Part shown: in pieces, positions 50,977 through 64,000 of the stretch
How positions within the stretch are numbered: position 1 is the stretch's first letter
Layout of the letters: the number at the start of each line of letters is the position of its first letter
NCBI GenBank assembly: GCA_965203175.1
Contig: OZ241867.1
Location: forward strand, 928,001 to 992,000
Length of the DNA stretch: 64,000 nucleotides
Reading direction: 5' to 3'
Origin: Candidatus Latescibacterota bacterium
GTDB taxonomy: Bacteria > Latescibacterota > UBA2968 > UBA8231
Translations under genes and position numbers: made by a program
The notes under the pieces: generated by a model
What the model was told of the DNA's origin: nothing
The model's input: the letters and a program-made list of their open reading frames with translations, nothing else
The model's database searches: none

Positions 50977-52551
50977 CTATCCATAGGTCCTCCCCTTCAC
51001 TCCTTTCTTCACATTTCGCTTCGCCTTCCGCAACAACCGGCCTCCCCACTCCGTCGGATATCTGCCCGTCACGCATCCCAAGCACAACTCCCCCTCATCA
51101 CACCCTATTGTCTCCGCCAAATCCGCCACGTCCAAATAGCGCAGACTGTCCACCCCCAAGGCCCTCGCCATCTCCGCAAGCGTCTCGTTTCTAATCCGTC
51201 CCCCACGTCGCCCCTTGAGGAACTCCGGCGCGAACAACTCGCCTAGTGTCGACATGTCGATGCCGTAAAAACACGGCGCGACGATCGGCGGACAAGCCAC
51301 CCGCACGTGTACCTCACGCACTCTGCCGCGCGATCTGAGCTGGCTCGCCAGAGTCTTGAGCGTCAGCGAGCGCACGATCGAATCCTCGACCAGAAAGACC
51401 CGTTTGCCTTCCAGCACCGAAGGCAAGGGCGTGTATTTGCTCTGGGCACTCTGCTGCCGTACTGCGTCGGGCTGGATAAAGGTGCGTCCCACGTAGCGGT
51501 TGCGAATCAGTCCCTCCATGCAAGGAATCCCGAGGTGATAAGCGAAGGCGTCGCCCGCCGCCTTCGCAGTATCGGGCACCGGCACCACCACGCTGTCGCC
51601 ATCAATGGGTTGGTCTTCGCATGCAGCTAACCGCTCGCCCGCTGCCGCCCGCGACTGGTAAACGCCCATCCCATCGATCTGACTGGCGACGTTCGAGAAA
51701 TAGACCCACTCTAAAAAGCAGCGAGCATTTTGCTGGACCGGCGCATAGCGCACGATGCGTAGGCGGCCATCCTCGACAACGGCCATCTGCCCCGGCTCCA
51801 ATGCGCGGATATCCTCGAAGCCCGCATTGGTCAACGCCACCGACTCGCTCGCCGCACCAAAGAGTTGCCCTTGGACCGCCCAGTGCATCGGACGGATCCC
51901 CATCGGGTCGCGGGCGACGAACATCCGCCCCAGCGCGTCGAGAAAGGCGATGTTATAAGCCCCATCGAACATCGCCGCCGCCTCGCCCATCACCCGCTTG
52001 AGCGAGGGCTTGCGCTCGCCGCGCAGGCCGTGCGCTAGGGCGTGCATGATGATCTCGGTATCGGTGCCCAGCGAGAAGTGGTAGCCGCGATCGTCCTGTA
52101 GCTGGCGCTTCATTTCGGCGTAATTGGCCAACTGGCCGTTGAAGGCAAAACTGAACCACTTCCAAGGGCGGGCATGATGGCGCTCGAAGGGCTGGGCGTA
52201 GCGGGAGTCGGCGGCACCGGAGGTAGCATAGCGAGTGTGGCCAATGCCGGCGCGGCCGGCATATTCGCCAAGGATCGACCGGTGCTTGCCCGGATGCGAA
52301 GTGCGAAAAACCTCGGAGACGGTACCGACGTCTTTATAGGTGTCGAGGAGCTGAGCGCGGCCGGGATCAAAGGTGCTGAAACCAGAGGCCAGTTGGCCGC
52401 GGTTTTGCAGGTCGAGAAGCATCCCTGGCAAGATCGGTACCACATCTACCCACTTGTCGTTTTTGCCTCTGCGACCATTGGTCCCCGCCGGGGCTTGGTC
52501 CAACCAGTATAGCGCGACCACACCGCATTCGTGCCGCAGGTCTTCGCTCAT
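50977..52551 (-). CDS. purF: Amidophosphoribosyltransferase (propeptide, Fe-S type)
   Basis: MSEDLRHE-CG, GHTRYAT, RDPMGIRP, RNRYVGRTFIQP, EDSIVR, PCFYGIDM, C..C. Confidence 0.96.
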   Translation of the reverse strand: MSEDLRHECGVVALYWLDQAPAGTNGRRGKNDKWVDVVPILPGMLLDLQNRGQLASGFSTFDPGRAQLLDTYKDVGTVSEVFRTSHPGKHRSILGEYAGRAGIGHTRYATSGAADSRYAQPFERHHARPWKWFSFAFNGQLANYAEMKRQLQDDRGYHFSLGTDTEIIMHALAHGLRGERKPSLKRVMGEAAAMFDGAYNIAFLDALGRMFVARDPMGIRPMHWAVQGQLFGAASESVALTNAGFEDIRALEPGQMAVVEDGRLRIVRYAPVQQNARCFLEWVYFSNVASQIDGMGVYQSRAAAGERLAACEDQPIDGDSVVVPVPDTAKAAGDAFAYHLGIPCMEGLIRNRYVGRTFIQPDAVRQQSAQSKYTPLPSVLEGKRVFLVEDSIVRSLTLKTLASQLRSRGRVREVHVRVACPPIVAPCFYGIDMSTLGELFAPEFLKGRRGGRIRNETLAEMARALGVDSLRYLDVADLAETIGCDEGELCLGCVTGRYPTEWGGRLLRKAKRNVKKGVKGRTYG

Positions 52552-52690
52552 TAAATACAAGCCTCCGCGATGGGGTTTGCTGATAATATAAAATAAGTGG
52601 TCTCGGCATACCATCTATGCCGGTATTACTCAGTACGGGGATTTTTGTTAGATTTCTTAGAGCTTTTACTCTACCGAAAGGAATTGATCC

Positions 52691-53029
52691 GTGTTCGATC
52701 TCATTTCCACTGCCTACGCTATGGGGGGGGGCACCGAGGGCAGCCAACAGCCCAACCCCATCGCCTCGCTCCTGCCCTTTGTGCTGATGTTCTTGGTTCT
52801 CTACCTCTTGATATTGAGGCCGCAGATGAGGAAGCAGAGAAACCAACAGCGGATGATCGACGAACTCGAAAAAAATGATGAAATCGTCACCAGCGGCGGG
52901 ATCCACGGCACCATTCTCAACATCAAAGACGACATCCTCGTGGTCAAAATCGCCGACAACGTCAAGATCGAGGTTTCGCGGGCGGCCGTCTCGCGGGTAA
53001 AAAACAAAGAAGACGACAAGGGGAAGTAG
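52691..53029 (+). CDS. yajC: Preprotein translocase subunit YajC
   Basis: LILRPQ, EIVTSGGIHGTI. Confidence 0.95.
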   Translation: MFDLISTAYAMGGGTEGSQQPNPIASLLPFVLMFLVLYLLILRPQMRKQRNQQRMIDELEKNDEIVTSGGIHGTILNIKDDILVVKIADNVKIEVSRAAVSRVKNKEDDKGK

Positions 53030-53952
53030 TGAGGCTTGTGTTTATGGGAACCCCGCGCTTCGCGGTTCCCTCCTTAAAAGCCCTCGCCCAGAGCCGCCAC
53101 CAAATCACCGCCGTCGTCACCAATCCCGACCGACCCCACGGGCGGGGGCGCCAGCTTGCAAGTCCGCCCGTCAAAGAACAAGCTCTAAAGCTCGGATTAG
53201 AAGTTCTGCAACCGGCTGCGGTCAACGACCCCGAGCTAGCCGCGGCGCTGGCCGCGCGCGCGCCCGACCTCTTTGTCGTCGTCGCCTTTTCAATCCTATC
53301 TCGACGCCTCCTCGCCATTCCCCGCCTCGGCTCAATCAACCTGCATCCTTCGCTCTTGCCAGCGTATCGCGGCGCGGCTCCCATTATCTGGGCAGTGGCC
53401 AACGGCGAGGAGGAGACGGGCATCACCACTTTCCAGCTCAGCCCGCGCATCGACGCGGGTCATATCCTACTCCAGCGCCGCTTTGCCATCGGCTATGACG
53501 AGACGGCCGGTGAGTTGGAGGCCCGCCTGTGCGTGGAGGGTGCCAAGATGATCGTGGAAACCGTCAATGGGCTAGAAGACGACCACCTCACCGGACGGCC
53601 CCAAGGAACGGAGGGCGTCAGTCGCGCCCCCAAGCTGACCAAAGAGGACGGCCAGATTGACTGGCACCAACCAGCCGAGCGGGTCCGCAACCTCGTCCGC
53701 AGCATGAATCCCGCGCCCGGTGCCTACACCTACTGGCAGGGCAAAACGCTCAAAGTGCACCGGACTCAGCACGCTGCGGACTGCGGCGCACCCGGCACCG
53801 TACTCTGCGCCGACGACCGTCGAGGTTTAACCGTAGCCTGCGGCGAGGGAGCCCTACAACTGACCCAAGTACAACCGGCGGGCAAAGCCGCCATGGAGGG
53901 AACGGCCTTTGTGCGGGGCTATCCGATTGCGGCTGGTATGCGGCTGGGCTAG
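53029..53952 (+). CDS. fmt: Methionyl-tRNA formyltransferase
   Basis: FMGTP.FA, PDRP.GRG, NLHPSLLP.YRGAAPI. Confidence 0.97.
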   Translation: MRLVFMGTPRFAVPSLKALAQSRHQITAVVTNPDRPHGRGRQLASPPVKEQALKLGLEVLQPAAVNDPELAAALAARAPDLFVVVAFSILSRRLLAIPRLGSINLHPSLLPAYRGAAPIIWAVANGEEETGITTFQLSPRIDAGHILLQRRFAIGYDETAGELEARLCVEGAKMIVETVNGLEDDHLTGRPQGTEGVSRAPKLTKEDGQIDWHQPAERVRNLVRSMNPAPGAYTYWQGKTLKVHRTQHAADCGAPGTVLCADDRRGLTVACGEGALQLTQVQPAGKAAMEGTAFVRGYPIAAGMRLG

Positions 53953-54394
53953 TCTGCTCTTCATCCTGCTCGCGGGGCAACCGGCCTGTGCAACAGAGGT
54001 AGAGGCCGATTCGACTCGCACCGTGCAGTCCACCGCCACCCTCCCTTCGGCGCATGGGGCGCTCCTGCGCTCGGCCGTGCTGCCCGGCTGGGGACAGTTC
54101 TATAATGGCCGCCCTGTCAAGGGGCTGTTCTTCGGCGCGGCAAGCGCAACAGCCCTCACTGCGGTTGCGATTGAGCATCGCCGCATCCGTTCCGCGCCCA
54201 CGCCTGAAGAACACCAAGACCGCACCGCCCGCCGCAACGGTCGCCTGCTCTATTTCGCGCTCTCGGTCGCCTTGGCCGCCACCGACGCCTATGTCGATGC
54301 CCACCTCGCGGATTTTGGGGCCGTGCAGTCCGGCCTCAGTGTGGAGATGTGGCGCGGCAGAGCGTGGCTTAGGCTGAAAAAAACTATGCCCTAG
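53909..54394 (+). CDS. DUF5683-like membrane protein (start uncertain)
   Basis: ALLRSAVLPGWGQFYN..KG; DAYVDAHL.DF. Confidence 0.75.
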   Translation: MCGAIRLRLVCGWASLLFILLAGQPACATEVEADSTRTVQSTATLPSAHGALLRSAVLPGWGQFYNGRPVKGLFFGAASATALTAVAIEHRRIRSAPTPEEHQDRTARRNGRLLYFALSVALAATDAYVDAHLADFGAVQSGLSVEMWRGRAWLRLKKTMP

Positions 54395-54744
54395 ATACTT
54401 TGCTCAATTCGCTCGACTCGGCGTCTCAGCAATTTGAGCCGGTCGAATGCAAATGGCATACATTGCCGCGAGCGGTAGGGGGTTGGAATGCGGCGGCGGC
54501 GCTCCAAGTGAACGAGCTCGCGCTCGAGCTCGACGGAGAGCCGGTCGGAGAAAAACAACGAGATCGGGTGGGCGTTGAGCAGACTACCGAGCCGCAAGGT
54601 GCGGCCGTAGGCCAGCATTTGTACTCGGAAGGCGAGCTGCCGCAGGCCGCGCAGAGCGGCCAGCCGCCCCAAGATCACATAGGCTGCATAGGCCAAGCAG
54701 ACTAGAAAGATTCCGCAGGCCACATATAGGATATAGTAGAACAT
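54391..54744 (-). CDS. Small hypothetical membrane protein
   Basis: N-terminal TM helix; GAGGG upstream; stop overlaps convergent gene. Confidence 0.55.
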   Translation of the reverse strand: MFYYILYVACGIFLVCLAYAAYVILGRLAALRGLRQLAFRVQMLAYGRTLRLGSLLNAHPISLFFSDRLSVELERELVHLERRRRIPTPYRSRQCMPFAFDRLKLLRRRVERIEQSI

Positions 54745-54915
54745 AGCGCCCTCGGCATCGCACTTAATATCTAATACGCGGCCCGTCGGCTCAAGCTCAT
54801 TTTTTGCAGGATAAGAGGATAAAATGCTTGCTTAATTGGCCAAAAAAACCTATTTGAAGCGAACGCAGCCTCTTAGAGAGCTGTCAAACGAAGACTGCCG
54901 ATTGTGAGGTGTCCC

Positions 54916-55494
54916 ATGAAAATTCGCCATTGTACCTTGCTCTTTCTCGTCGCGTCGTTCGCTTCCTGTGGCACCGATTCGACCAAACGCTCCAGCGCGA
55001 GCTCCCAGTCGCAAGTATTGGCGACGCATCCGCCAGCGCTCGCAGCCCAGCTCGACGGCCGCTATGCGCAAAGCATTCACATCGAGGAGGGCCAATTCAC
55101 GGCTACCGGTCCCGGTCAGGAGGTCGTCCTCACCTTTGCGGCCCAAGGCATGGTAAACGTCAAACAATTTGAGTTGCGCCTAGAGATCGAGCCAGCCAAT
55201 GCCTTGGCCTTTGAAGGCTCTTCCTTCGCCGCAACCGCCCCCTTTCTCACCCCGCCCTTCAGCATTGAACTGACGGAAGAGGGGCTGTGGCGCACCGGCG
55301 GCGCGAGCATCACCGAAACCAAAAAGGGCGACGATATCCTAGGGACGTTCACGCTGAGAACTGGCGATGGCTTCGACGCGGGAATGCAAGTGCAAGTGCA
55401 AGTGGCCTTCTTCTCGCTGGGCCCCAGTTTCTCCGACCGCGACGACTACACGGCCGCCGACCTCAACATGGGCGTGGTGATTAACGGCGGCTGA
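54916..55494 (+). CDS. Hypothetical lipoprotein
   Basis: MKIRHCTLLFLVASFASC lipobox; GAGGT SD. Confidence 0.7.
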   Translation: MKIRHCTLLFLVASFASCGTDSTKRSSASSQSQVLATHPPALAAQLDGRYAQSIHIEEGQFTATGPGQEVVLTFAAQGMVNVKQFELRLEIEPANALAFEGSSFAATAPFLTPPFSIELTEEGLWRTGGASITETKKGDDILGTFTLRTGDGFDAGMQVQVQVAFFSLGPSFSDRDDYTAADLNMGVVINGG

Positions 55495-55546
55495 TCTCGA
55501 CTCCTTGACGATGTAGAGGGAAATTGCTTATCTTTTTGGCTCTTGT

Positions 55547-55622
55547 GGGGCTGTAGCTCAGTTGGGAGAGCGCCTGAATGGCATTCAGGAGGTCAGGGGT
55601 TCGATTCCCCTCAGCTCCACCA
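55547..55622 (+). tRNA. tRNA-Ala (GGC)
   Basis: 76-nt cloverleaf GGGGCTG..CAGCTCCACCA, G3:U70, anticodon loop ATGGCAT, GGTTCGATT T-loop, encoded CCA. Confidence 0.98.
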
Positions 55623-55641
55623 TGATAAGCTGTCAGGTAGT

Positions 55642-55678
55642 AAAGGGTTTACGACATGCCGTCGCAGACCCTTTTTTT
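55642..55678 (+). terminator. Intrinsic terminator after tRNA-Ala
   Basis: AAGGGTTTACGAC-ATGCC-GTCGCAGACCCTTTTTTT. Confidence 0.75.
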
Positions 55679-55757
55679 CGGATTTCTCGACTGCGGGCAC
55701 GCCCTGTTCCGGCTATTTTCGCCGCACAAAATTCTCTAATAGCACGTTGAGAACGGA

Positions 55758-59152
<3,395 letters not shown>

Positions 59153-59156
<4 letters not shown>

Positions 59157-59971
59157 AAACACAGCTTGCCATCGCACTCGCGCTCAGCGCGCTGCCGGGA
59201 TGTGAACCGTCGGGTACTCGCGACATTGTCGCCCGCGTCGGAGATGCCGAACTCACGGAAAGCGAATTTGCAAGCCAATTCGCGCCCGGCCCCGACGCCG
59301 ATCTAGCCGAAGGTGAGCGAGAGCAGTTCATCGAGGACTGGGTGCGCCAAGAATTGCTCTATCAGGAAGCACTCGCCCGAGGACTTCACCAGCAGGCGCG
59401 GCTCAAAACGCTTCTAGAGCAGATGCGGCGAGATCTGCTAGTAGCGGCCCTGCTCGACGCCGAGTTCCAAGACCGTAAACTCGCCTTCAACGAGGCCGCG
59501 ATCCGCCACTACTACGACGAGCATCAGGCCGATTTTCAGAGGCTTCGCCCCGAGATTAGGGTGCGGCACATCCTCCTGACCAGCCAGCGCGAGGCCAACG
59601 CCCGGCGTCAAACCCTGCTGCAGCGCGGCGAGAGTTTTGCCGAAACGGCCCGCAAGTACTCGCACGATGACGCCACCCGCAACAAGGGAGGCGAATCGGG
59701 CTATTTCTCCGCAGTAGAAAATCCCGTGCTGTGGGACGCGTGCCAAGATCTGCCGCTCAAGCGCATTTCCGAGCCAGTGCAGACCGAGTACGGTTATCAC
59801 CTCATCCAGGTCCTAGAGCGCTGCGAGATCGGCACGGTCCGCGACCTCACGCAAGTGCGCTCTCAGATCGTCGAGGCGCTAGTGCGCGAGCATCATCAAT
59901 CTCAGCTCGACCAACTCGTCGCCAAACTCAAAAAATCCACAGACTGGGCTATCGCAACTCCCACCCCCTGA
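59153..59971 (+). CDS. PpiC-type PPIase lipoprotein (PrsA-like), probable CTG start
   Basis: Frame open from CTG 59153: (M)KTQLAIALALSALPGC lipobox, IVARVG; VRHILL, ARKYS.D, GGESG, YGYHLIQV. Confidence 0.85.
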
Positions 59972-59973
59972 GT

Positions 59974-61311
59974 ATGTCACTGCATTCGCCAAACCGCCTG
60001 CTGTTAGCTTTCTGTCTCGCCTTGTGTATCGCGCCGAGAGCAGGGGCCTTGCCCGAACTTATCGACCGCATCGTCGCCACAGTTGACAACCACACAATTC
60101 TTTGGTCCGAACTCAATTATCGGCTGCGCTTTGAGGCCGAGCAGCGCGGGCTCTCGGTCTTTGGCGAATCCGAGCAAATCAAGGCGCTCCGCCGAGAAAT
60201 CCTCGACGCCATGATCGACGAGCAAGTACTGGTTCTCAAGGCCAAACAGGACAGCATTCAAATCGACCCAGCCGAAGTCGAGGAAATGCTCGGCCAGCAG
60301 TTCCAGCTAGCCAAGAGCAGCATGGACGACGGGGAATTCGCGCAGATGCTAGAGCGCGTGGGCTTGAGCGAGCGCCAACTCAAGGCCCGCTACCGCAAGG
60401 AAATCCGCCACCGCCTGCTCTCGCGCCAGATGCGCGCCTTTGTCTCGTATAGGGTACACGTCAGCCACCGCGACGTAGAGGAGTTCCGCATCGCGCACCA
60501 AGACACCTTGCCCTCTCAAATCTCGCTCAGCCACATTCTGATCAAGGTCCAACCCAGCGATGAGGTGCTAAAAGAGAAGCGGGCACGGATCGAAGAGATT
60601 CAGGCCCTGTTGGCCGACGGCGGCGACTTCGCCACAATAGCCCGCGCCCACTCTGAAGATCCCGGCAGTGCCTCTCTCGGCGGAGACTTGGGCTGTTTCT
60701 CGCCTGGGACCTTAGTGCCCGAGTTTGAGGAAGCGGCCTTCGCGCTCAAACCAGGTCAGATTAGCGAGCCGGTTTTGAGCCCGTATGGCTACCATTTGAT
60801 ACAGGTGCGCGAAAAGCGCGAAACCACCACCTGTGCCAGCCATATCCTCGTCTTGGCCAAAACCTCAGAAGGCGACGAGGCACGGGCGCGAGAAGAGCTA
60901 GAGGATTTGCGCTACCGCGCCCAGAACGGCGAGGAGTTTTCCCAGCTCGCCCGCCAGTATTCGGCCAATCCGCAGACGGCCATGCAGGGCGGTTTCTGGG
61001 GCACCTTCCCCAGGGACGGGATCCCCGGATTCCTTCAGCCTTACCTCCGCAACCTCAAGCTGGGCGACGTCAGCGCACCCTTCTTTTTTGACGATGGCGG
61101 CCACATTATCAAAATTGACGACGACCAAGCCGTGCTTGAGGGCCTGATCCGCGAAAGCCGCACCGCAGAGGCCATGCGCCAATTAATCGACGAATACCGG
61201 CAGCAAATCCACATCGAGGTTCGGCTCGACGAGGAAAACTTGCGCCGACCAGTACGGAATGCGACTGGATATCTTTCTGAAGAACACGGGGCTGATCAAG
61301 CAGCGCAGTGA
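59974..61311 (+). CDS. surA: SurA-like chaperone with two PpiC domains
   Basis: IDRIVATVD..ILWSEL, SHILI, SEDPGSA..GGDLG, ARQYS. Confidence 0.85.
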   Translation: MSLHSPNRLLLAFCLALCIAPRAGALPELIDRIVATVDNHTILWSELNYRLRFEAEQRGLSVFGESEQIKALRREILDAMIDEQVLVLKAKQDSIQIDPAEVEEMLGQQFQLAKSSMDDGEFAQMLERVGLSERQLKARYRKEIRHRLLSRQMRAFVSYRVHVSHRDVEEFRIAHQDTLPSQISLSHILIKVQPSDEVLKEKRARIEEIQALLADGGDFATIARAHSEDPGSASLGGDLGCFSPGTLVPEFEEAAFALKPGQISEPVLSPYGYHLIQVREKRETTTCASHILVLAKTSEGDEARAREELEDLRYRAQNGEEFSQLARQYSANPQTAMQGGFWGTFPRDGIPGFLQPYLRNLKLGDVSAPFFFDDGGHIIKIDDDQAVLEGLIRESRTAEAMRQLIDEYRQQIHIEVRLDEENLRRPVRNATGYLSEEHGADQAAQ

Positions 61312-61540
61312 AGCCAAGCGGGCCTGCGACGCCGGGCGAGTCCAGATCGGCGGGCGGCAGGCCAAGGCGTCGCACTCTGTGGTCGTGGGCGAGCAGATAC
61401 ACATTGCGACTCCTACCCGCCTGCTCGATATCGAGGTACTCGGCATCCCAGAGCGCCAGCCCGCACGGCGGGACCGCCACCGCTTTTATCGGATCCTCCG
61501 CGAAGAACACCGCGACCCGTACGAAGACCTGAGCTTTTAG
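61259..61540 (+). CDS. S4-domain RNA-binding protein (Hsp15/RqcP-like)
   Basis: MRLDIFLKNTGLIKQRSEAKRACDAGRV. Confidence 0.9.
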   Translation: MRLDIFLKNTGLIKQRSEAKRACDAGRVQIGGRQAKASHSVVVGEQIHIATPTRLLDIEVLGIPERQPARRDRHRFYRILREEHRDPYEDLSF

Positions 61541-61550
61541 GACCCAAGCT

Positions 61551-62336
61551 GTGGGTAGCGCAGCGCAATCGCCCTATCAAGGGCTCGCCCCCATTTACGA
61601 CTATGTAATGGCCCACGTCGATTACGGCGAATGGGCCGCTTATATCCACGCGCTCTTCGCCCGCTTTGCCCCCGACACCACTCGCGTCGTGGACTTGGCT
61701 TGCGGCACTGGCAACGTGTCTTTTGCACTCCACCACCTCGGCTATGAGGTAACGGGCGTGGACCGCTCCGAGGCCATGCTGCAGGTCGCGCGCGAAAAGG
61801 CCGCTGGCACCGGCGTCGAATTCGTCCAGCAGGACCTGCGCCAGCTAGCGGACCTAGGGCCTTTTGACGCGGCCACTTGCCTGTACGACAGCATCAACTA
61901 TCTGCTCGCACCAGCCGACCTCGACGCGGCACTGCGCGGCGCGCAGAACATTGTGCAGCCGGGTGGGCTTTTCGTTTTTGACATCTGCACCGAGCGCAAT
62001 TCGCTGCGCTATTTCCGCAACATGCGCGACAGCGAGCGGGGGCCGGATTTTTCCTACGAGCGGCACAGCATCTACGACCCAGACAAACGGCTACAGAGCA
62101 ATCACTTCTGCATTCGCTGCGACGGGAGCGATGTCGCGTTAGAGGAAACCCATGTCCAGCGCATCTATTCGGTCGCCGCCGTCGCTGCCTGCGTCGAGGC
62201 GAGTGCTTGGGAGTTGCTCGCGCTCTTCGACGGTTTCACATTTGACAAGGGGACCGAAGAATCGGACCGCGTTCACTTCGTCCTTCGCGCTCCGCCAGCG
62301 GCTTCGACGACTCGGCTGAGCTCGCCGAAGACCTGA
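61551..62336 (+). CDS. Class I SAM-dependent methyltransferase
   Basis: YD..M..VDY..W, DLACGTG, GVDRSEAML, DSINYL. Confidence 0.92.
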   Translation: MGSAAQSPYQGLAPIYDYVMAHVDYGEWAAYIHALFARFAPDTTRVVDLACGTGNVSFALHHLGYEVTGVDRSEAMLQVAREKAAGTGVEFVQQDLRQLADLGPFDAATCLYDSINYLLAPADLDAALRGAQNIVQPGGLFVFDICTERNSLRYFRNMRDSERGPDFSYERHSIYDPDKRLQSNHFCIRCDGSDVALEETHVQRIYSVAAVAACVEASAWELLALFDGFTFDKGTEESDRVHFVLRAPPAASTTRLSSPKT

Positions 62337-62354
62337 GCACAGTCGAAGGGAGAA

Positions 62355-63311
62355 ATGACTTTGGACCTGCAGTTAAAAGCAACGCACGCATTCATTGAGG
62401 CGGCAGACGACTTCCTGCTGACGACTCACGTCAACAGCGACGCCGACGGCCTAGGTGCCTGCATGGCCTGGGCTCACCTGCTGAGGGGCCTTGGCAAGCG
62501 CGCTGACATCGGCCTGCCCGAGCCACCGGCCGGTCAATGCTCCTTTCTTGCCGACTGGGACGGCGTGCGTCACTTCGCCGACCTCGACTTGAGCCGCTAT
62601 CGCTGCGCCATTGTCTCCGACTGCTCCTCCCTCGACCGCATCGGCCCGGTGGGCCCAGGTCTCAGACCCGATATTCGTCTCCTCAACATCGATCACCACC
62701 AAGACAATGAGTGCTTCGGCGCAGTGAATATTGTGGAGGAGACCAGCTCTACCTGCGAACTCCTCTACCATCTCGCCATGGGCCTCGGCTATGAGATCGA
62801 TAGCGTCGCCGCCGACCAGCTCTATGCGGGGATTCTCTTCGACACTGGCGGCTTTCGCTTCTCGCTAACGACGGACACCACCTTTGAAGTGGCGGCCGAT
62901 TTAGTGCGGCGCGGAACGCGTCTCGACGCCATCGCCCAGGATGTCTTCGGCAACAAGAGCTTCGGCTCGGTCAAACAGCGCGGCCAAGCCATTGAGAGCT
63001 TGGTGCTGCGTCTCGGGGGCCAAGTGGCAGTGCTCCATCTCGACCGCGAGGCCATGAGCGCGGGCGAGCCGGACGAGGTCGTCAACTACGGCCTGATGAT
63101 TAAGGGAGTCGAAGTGGCCGTGCTGCTCAAGGAACGCGCGCCTGGATGCTACCGCATCAGCCTGCGCTCACGCGACAAGGTCGACGTCAGCCAAGTCGCC
63201 AGTACCTTTGGCGGCGGTGGGCACGCCCGCGCCGCTGGGCTGGAGCTAACGGGTGCATCCGAAGATATTGTTGAGAACATATTGGCCGAAATCGACCGCT
63301 ATTTGAATTAG
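62355..63311 (+). CDS. nrnA: DHH/DHHA1 nanoRNase/pAp phosphatase
   Basis: THVNSDADGLG, NIDHH, DTGGF, SLRS, GGGGHARAAG. Confidence 0.9.
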   Translation: MTLDLQLKATHAFIEAADDFLLTTHVNSDADGLGACMAWAHLLRGLGKRADIGLPEPPAGQCSFLADWDGVRHFADLDLSRYRCAIVSDCSSLDRIGPVGPGLRPDIRLLNIDHHQDNECFGAVNIVEETSSTCELLYHLAMGLGYEIDSVAADQLYAGILFDTGGFRFSLTTDTTFEVAADLVRRGTRLDAIAQDVFGNKSFGSVKQRGQAIESLVLRLGGQVAVLHLDREAMSAGEPDEVVNYGLMIKGVEVAVLLKERAPGCYRISLRSRDKVDVSQVASTFGGGGHARAAGLELTGASEDIVENILAEIDRYLN

Positions 63312-63398
63312 TAATAATTATTCTTGATTACAAATTTTTATTTATTATATTATTTTCTTTTTCCCCAAAAGAAGTAGCAATATAAGGAAGGCGTTCCA

Positions 63399-64000
63399 TT
63401 GCATTTAATCACCTTAAAGGACTGGTCTCCAGCCGATGTGCAGCAAGCTGTCGAACTCGGCCTCGCCGTCAAGGCCGCCCCGCAGCACTACGCCGACGCC
63501 TTCTCTGGACGCACAGTCGTCCTGCTCTTCCAGAAGACTTCGACCCGCACCCGTTGCGCCGGCGAGATCGGCACCGCCCAGTTGGGCGGCCACGCTCTCT
63601 ACTTGAACTGGCAGGACACCAACTTCGGTCTCGCCGACTTAGGCGACGAATTTCGCGTACTCTCCGGCTATTCCGACTTCATCGTCGCCCGCCTGCTCGA
63701 ACACGCCGATGTGCGCCACGCCGCCGCAGCCTCGCAGGTGCCGCTGATAAACGGCTGCTGCAACCGCTACCACCCCTTACAGGCATTGGCCGATTTGATG
63801 ACCCTACAGGAGGCTTTGGGGCGGCTCGAAGGGGTGCGCCTGACATACGTCGGGGTGCTCAACAACGTCGCCAACTCGCTCATTGCCGCTGGCGTCAAAG
63901 TGGGCATGCACGTTACTTGCGTCTGCCCCGAAGTCAACGCCGCAGCGCGCGACGACGAACTCTACGCCGAAGCCAAGCGCTTGGGACTCTACGAGCACAC
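63399..64000 (+). CDS. argF: Ornithine carbamoyltransferase, partial (runs off window)
   Basis: Manual translation from TTG: HLITLKDWS..LFQKTSTRTR..LGG..HPLQALADL. Confidence 0.88.
   Translation, partial: MHLITLKDWSPADVQQAVELGLAVKAAPQHYADAFSGRTVVLLFQKTSTRTRCAGEIGTAQLGGHALYLNWQDTNFGLADLGDEFRVLSGYSDFIVARLLEHADVRHAAAASQVPLINGCCNRYHPLQALADLMTLQEALGRLEGVRLTYVGVLNNVANSLIAAGVKVGMHVTCVCPEVNAAARDDELYAEAKRLGLYEH

Noticed and set aside
55547-55757. tRNA-Ala as an island integration site
   Set aside because: No duplicated tRNA 3' end seen and it is followed directly by a terminator and mfd
63300-63398. ARG boxes upstream of argF
   Set aside because: Very AT-rich, but no convincing TGAATAWWWATTCA-type palindrome; treated as a plain promoter region

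Overview
GC-rich bacterial chromosome segment. Gene content (long FCB-type SecA, tandem PorV/PorQ-like barrels, FlgD-type sorting domain, many PhyH dioxygenases, NACHT and pentapeptide proteins) suggests a Latescibacterota/Gemmatimonadota-like organism, possibly host-associated; this is inference. The first ~23.7 kb is accessory. It holds a two-gene ATPase-nuclease operon (AAA_14/DUF4143 + NACHT with a C-terminal PD-(D/E)XK-like domain) behind a tandemly duplicated 127-bp promoter/operator, ~14 kb of small-molecule enzymes, and a toxin-antitoxin cluster made mostly of orphan antitoxins. The rest is largely housekeeping: S55 peptidase pair, ribD-ribE-ribBA-ribH-nusB-secA, purC, sigma factor, T9SS-like genes, tgt, purF, yajC, fmt, tRNA-Ala(GGC), mfd, PPIases, nrnA, partial argF. 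Best leads: (1) a PhyH-fold Fe/2OG enzyme with an H-X-G halogenase-type iron motif heading an operon with an atypical M19 dipeptidase, GNAT, amidase and class IV aminotransferase; (2) the double ATPase-nuclease candidate defence operon and its duplicated operator; (3) the toxin-stripped antitoxin array; (4) a RibBA whose RibB half looks catalytically dead. No CRISPR array, rRNA, integrase or transposase was seen. All family calls come from motif recognition, not database searches.
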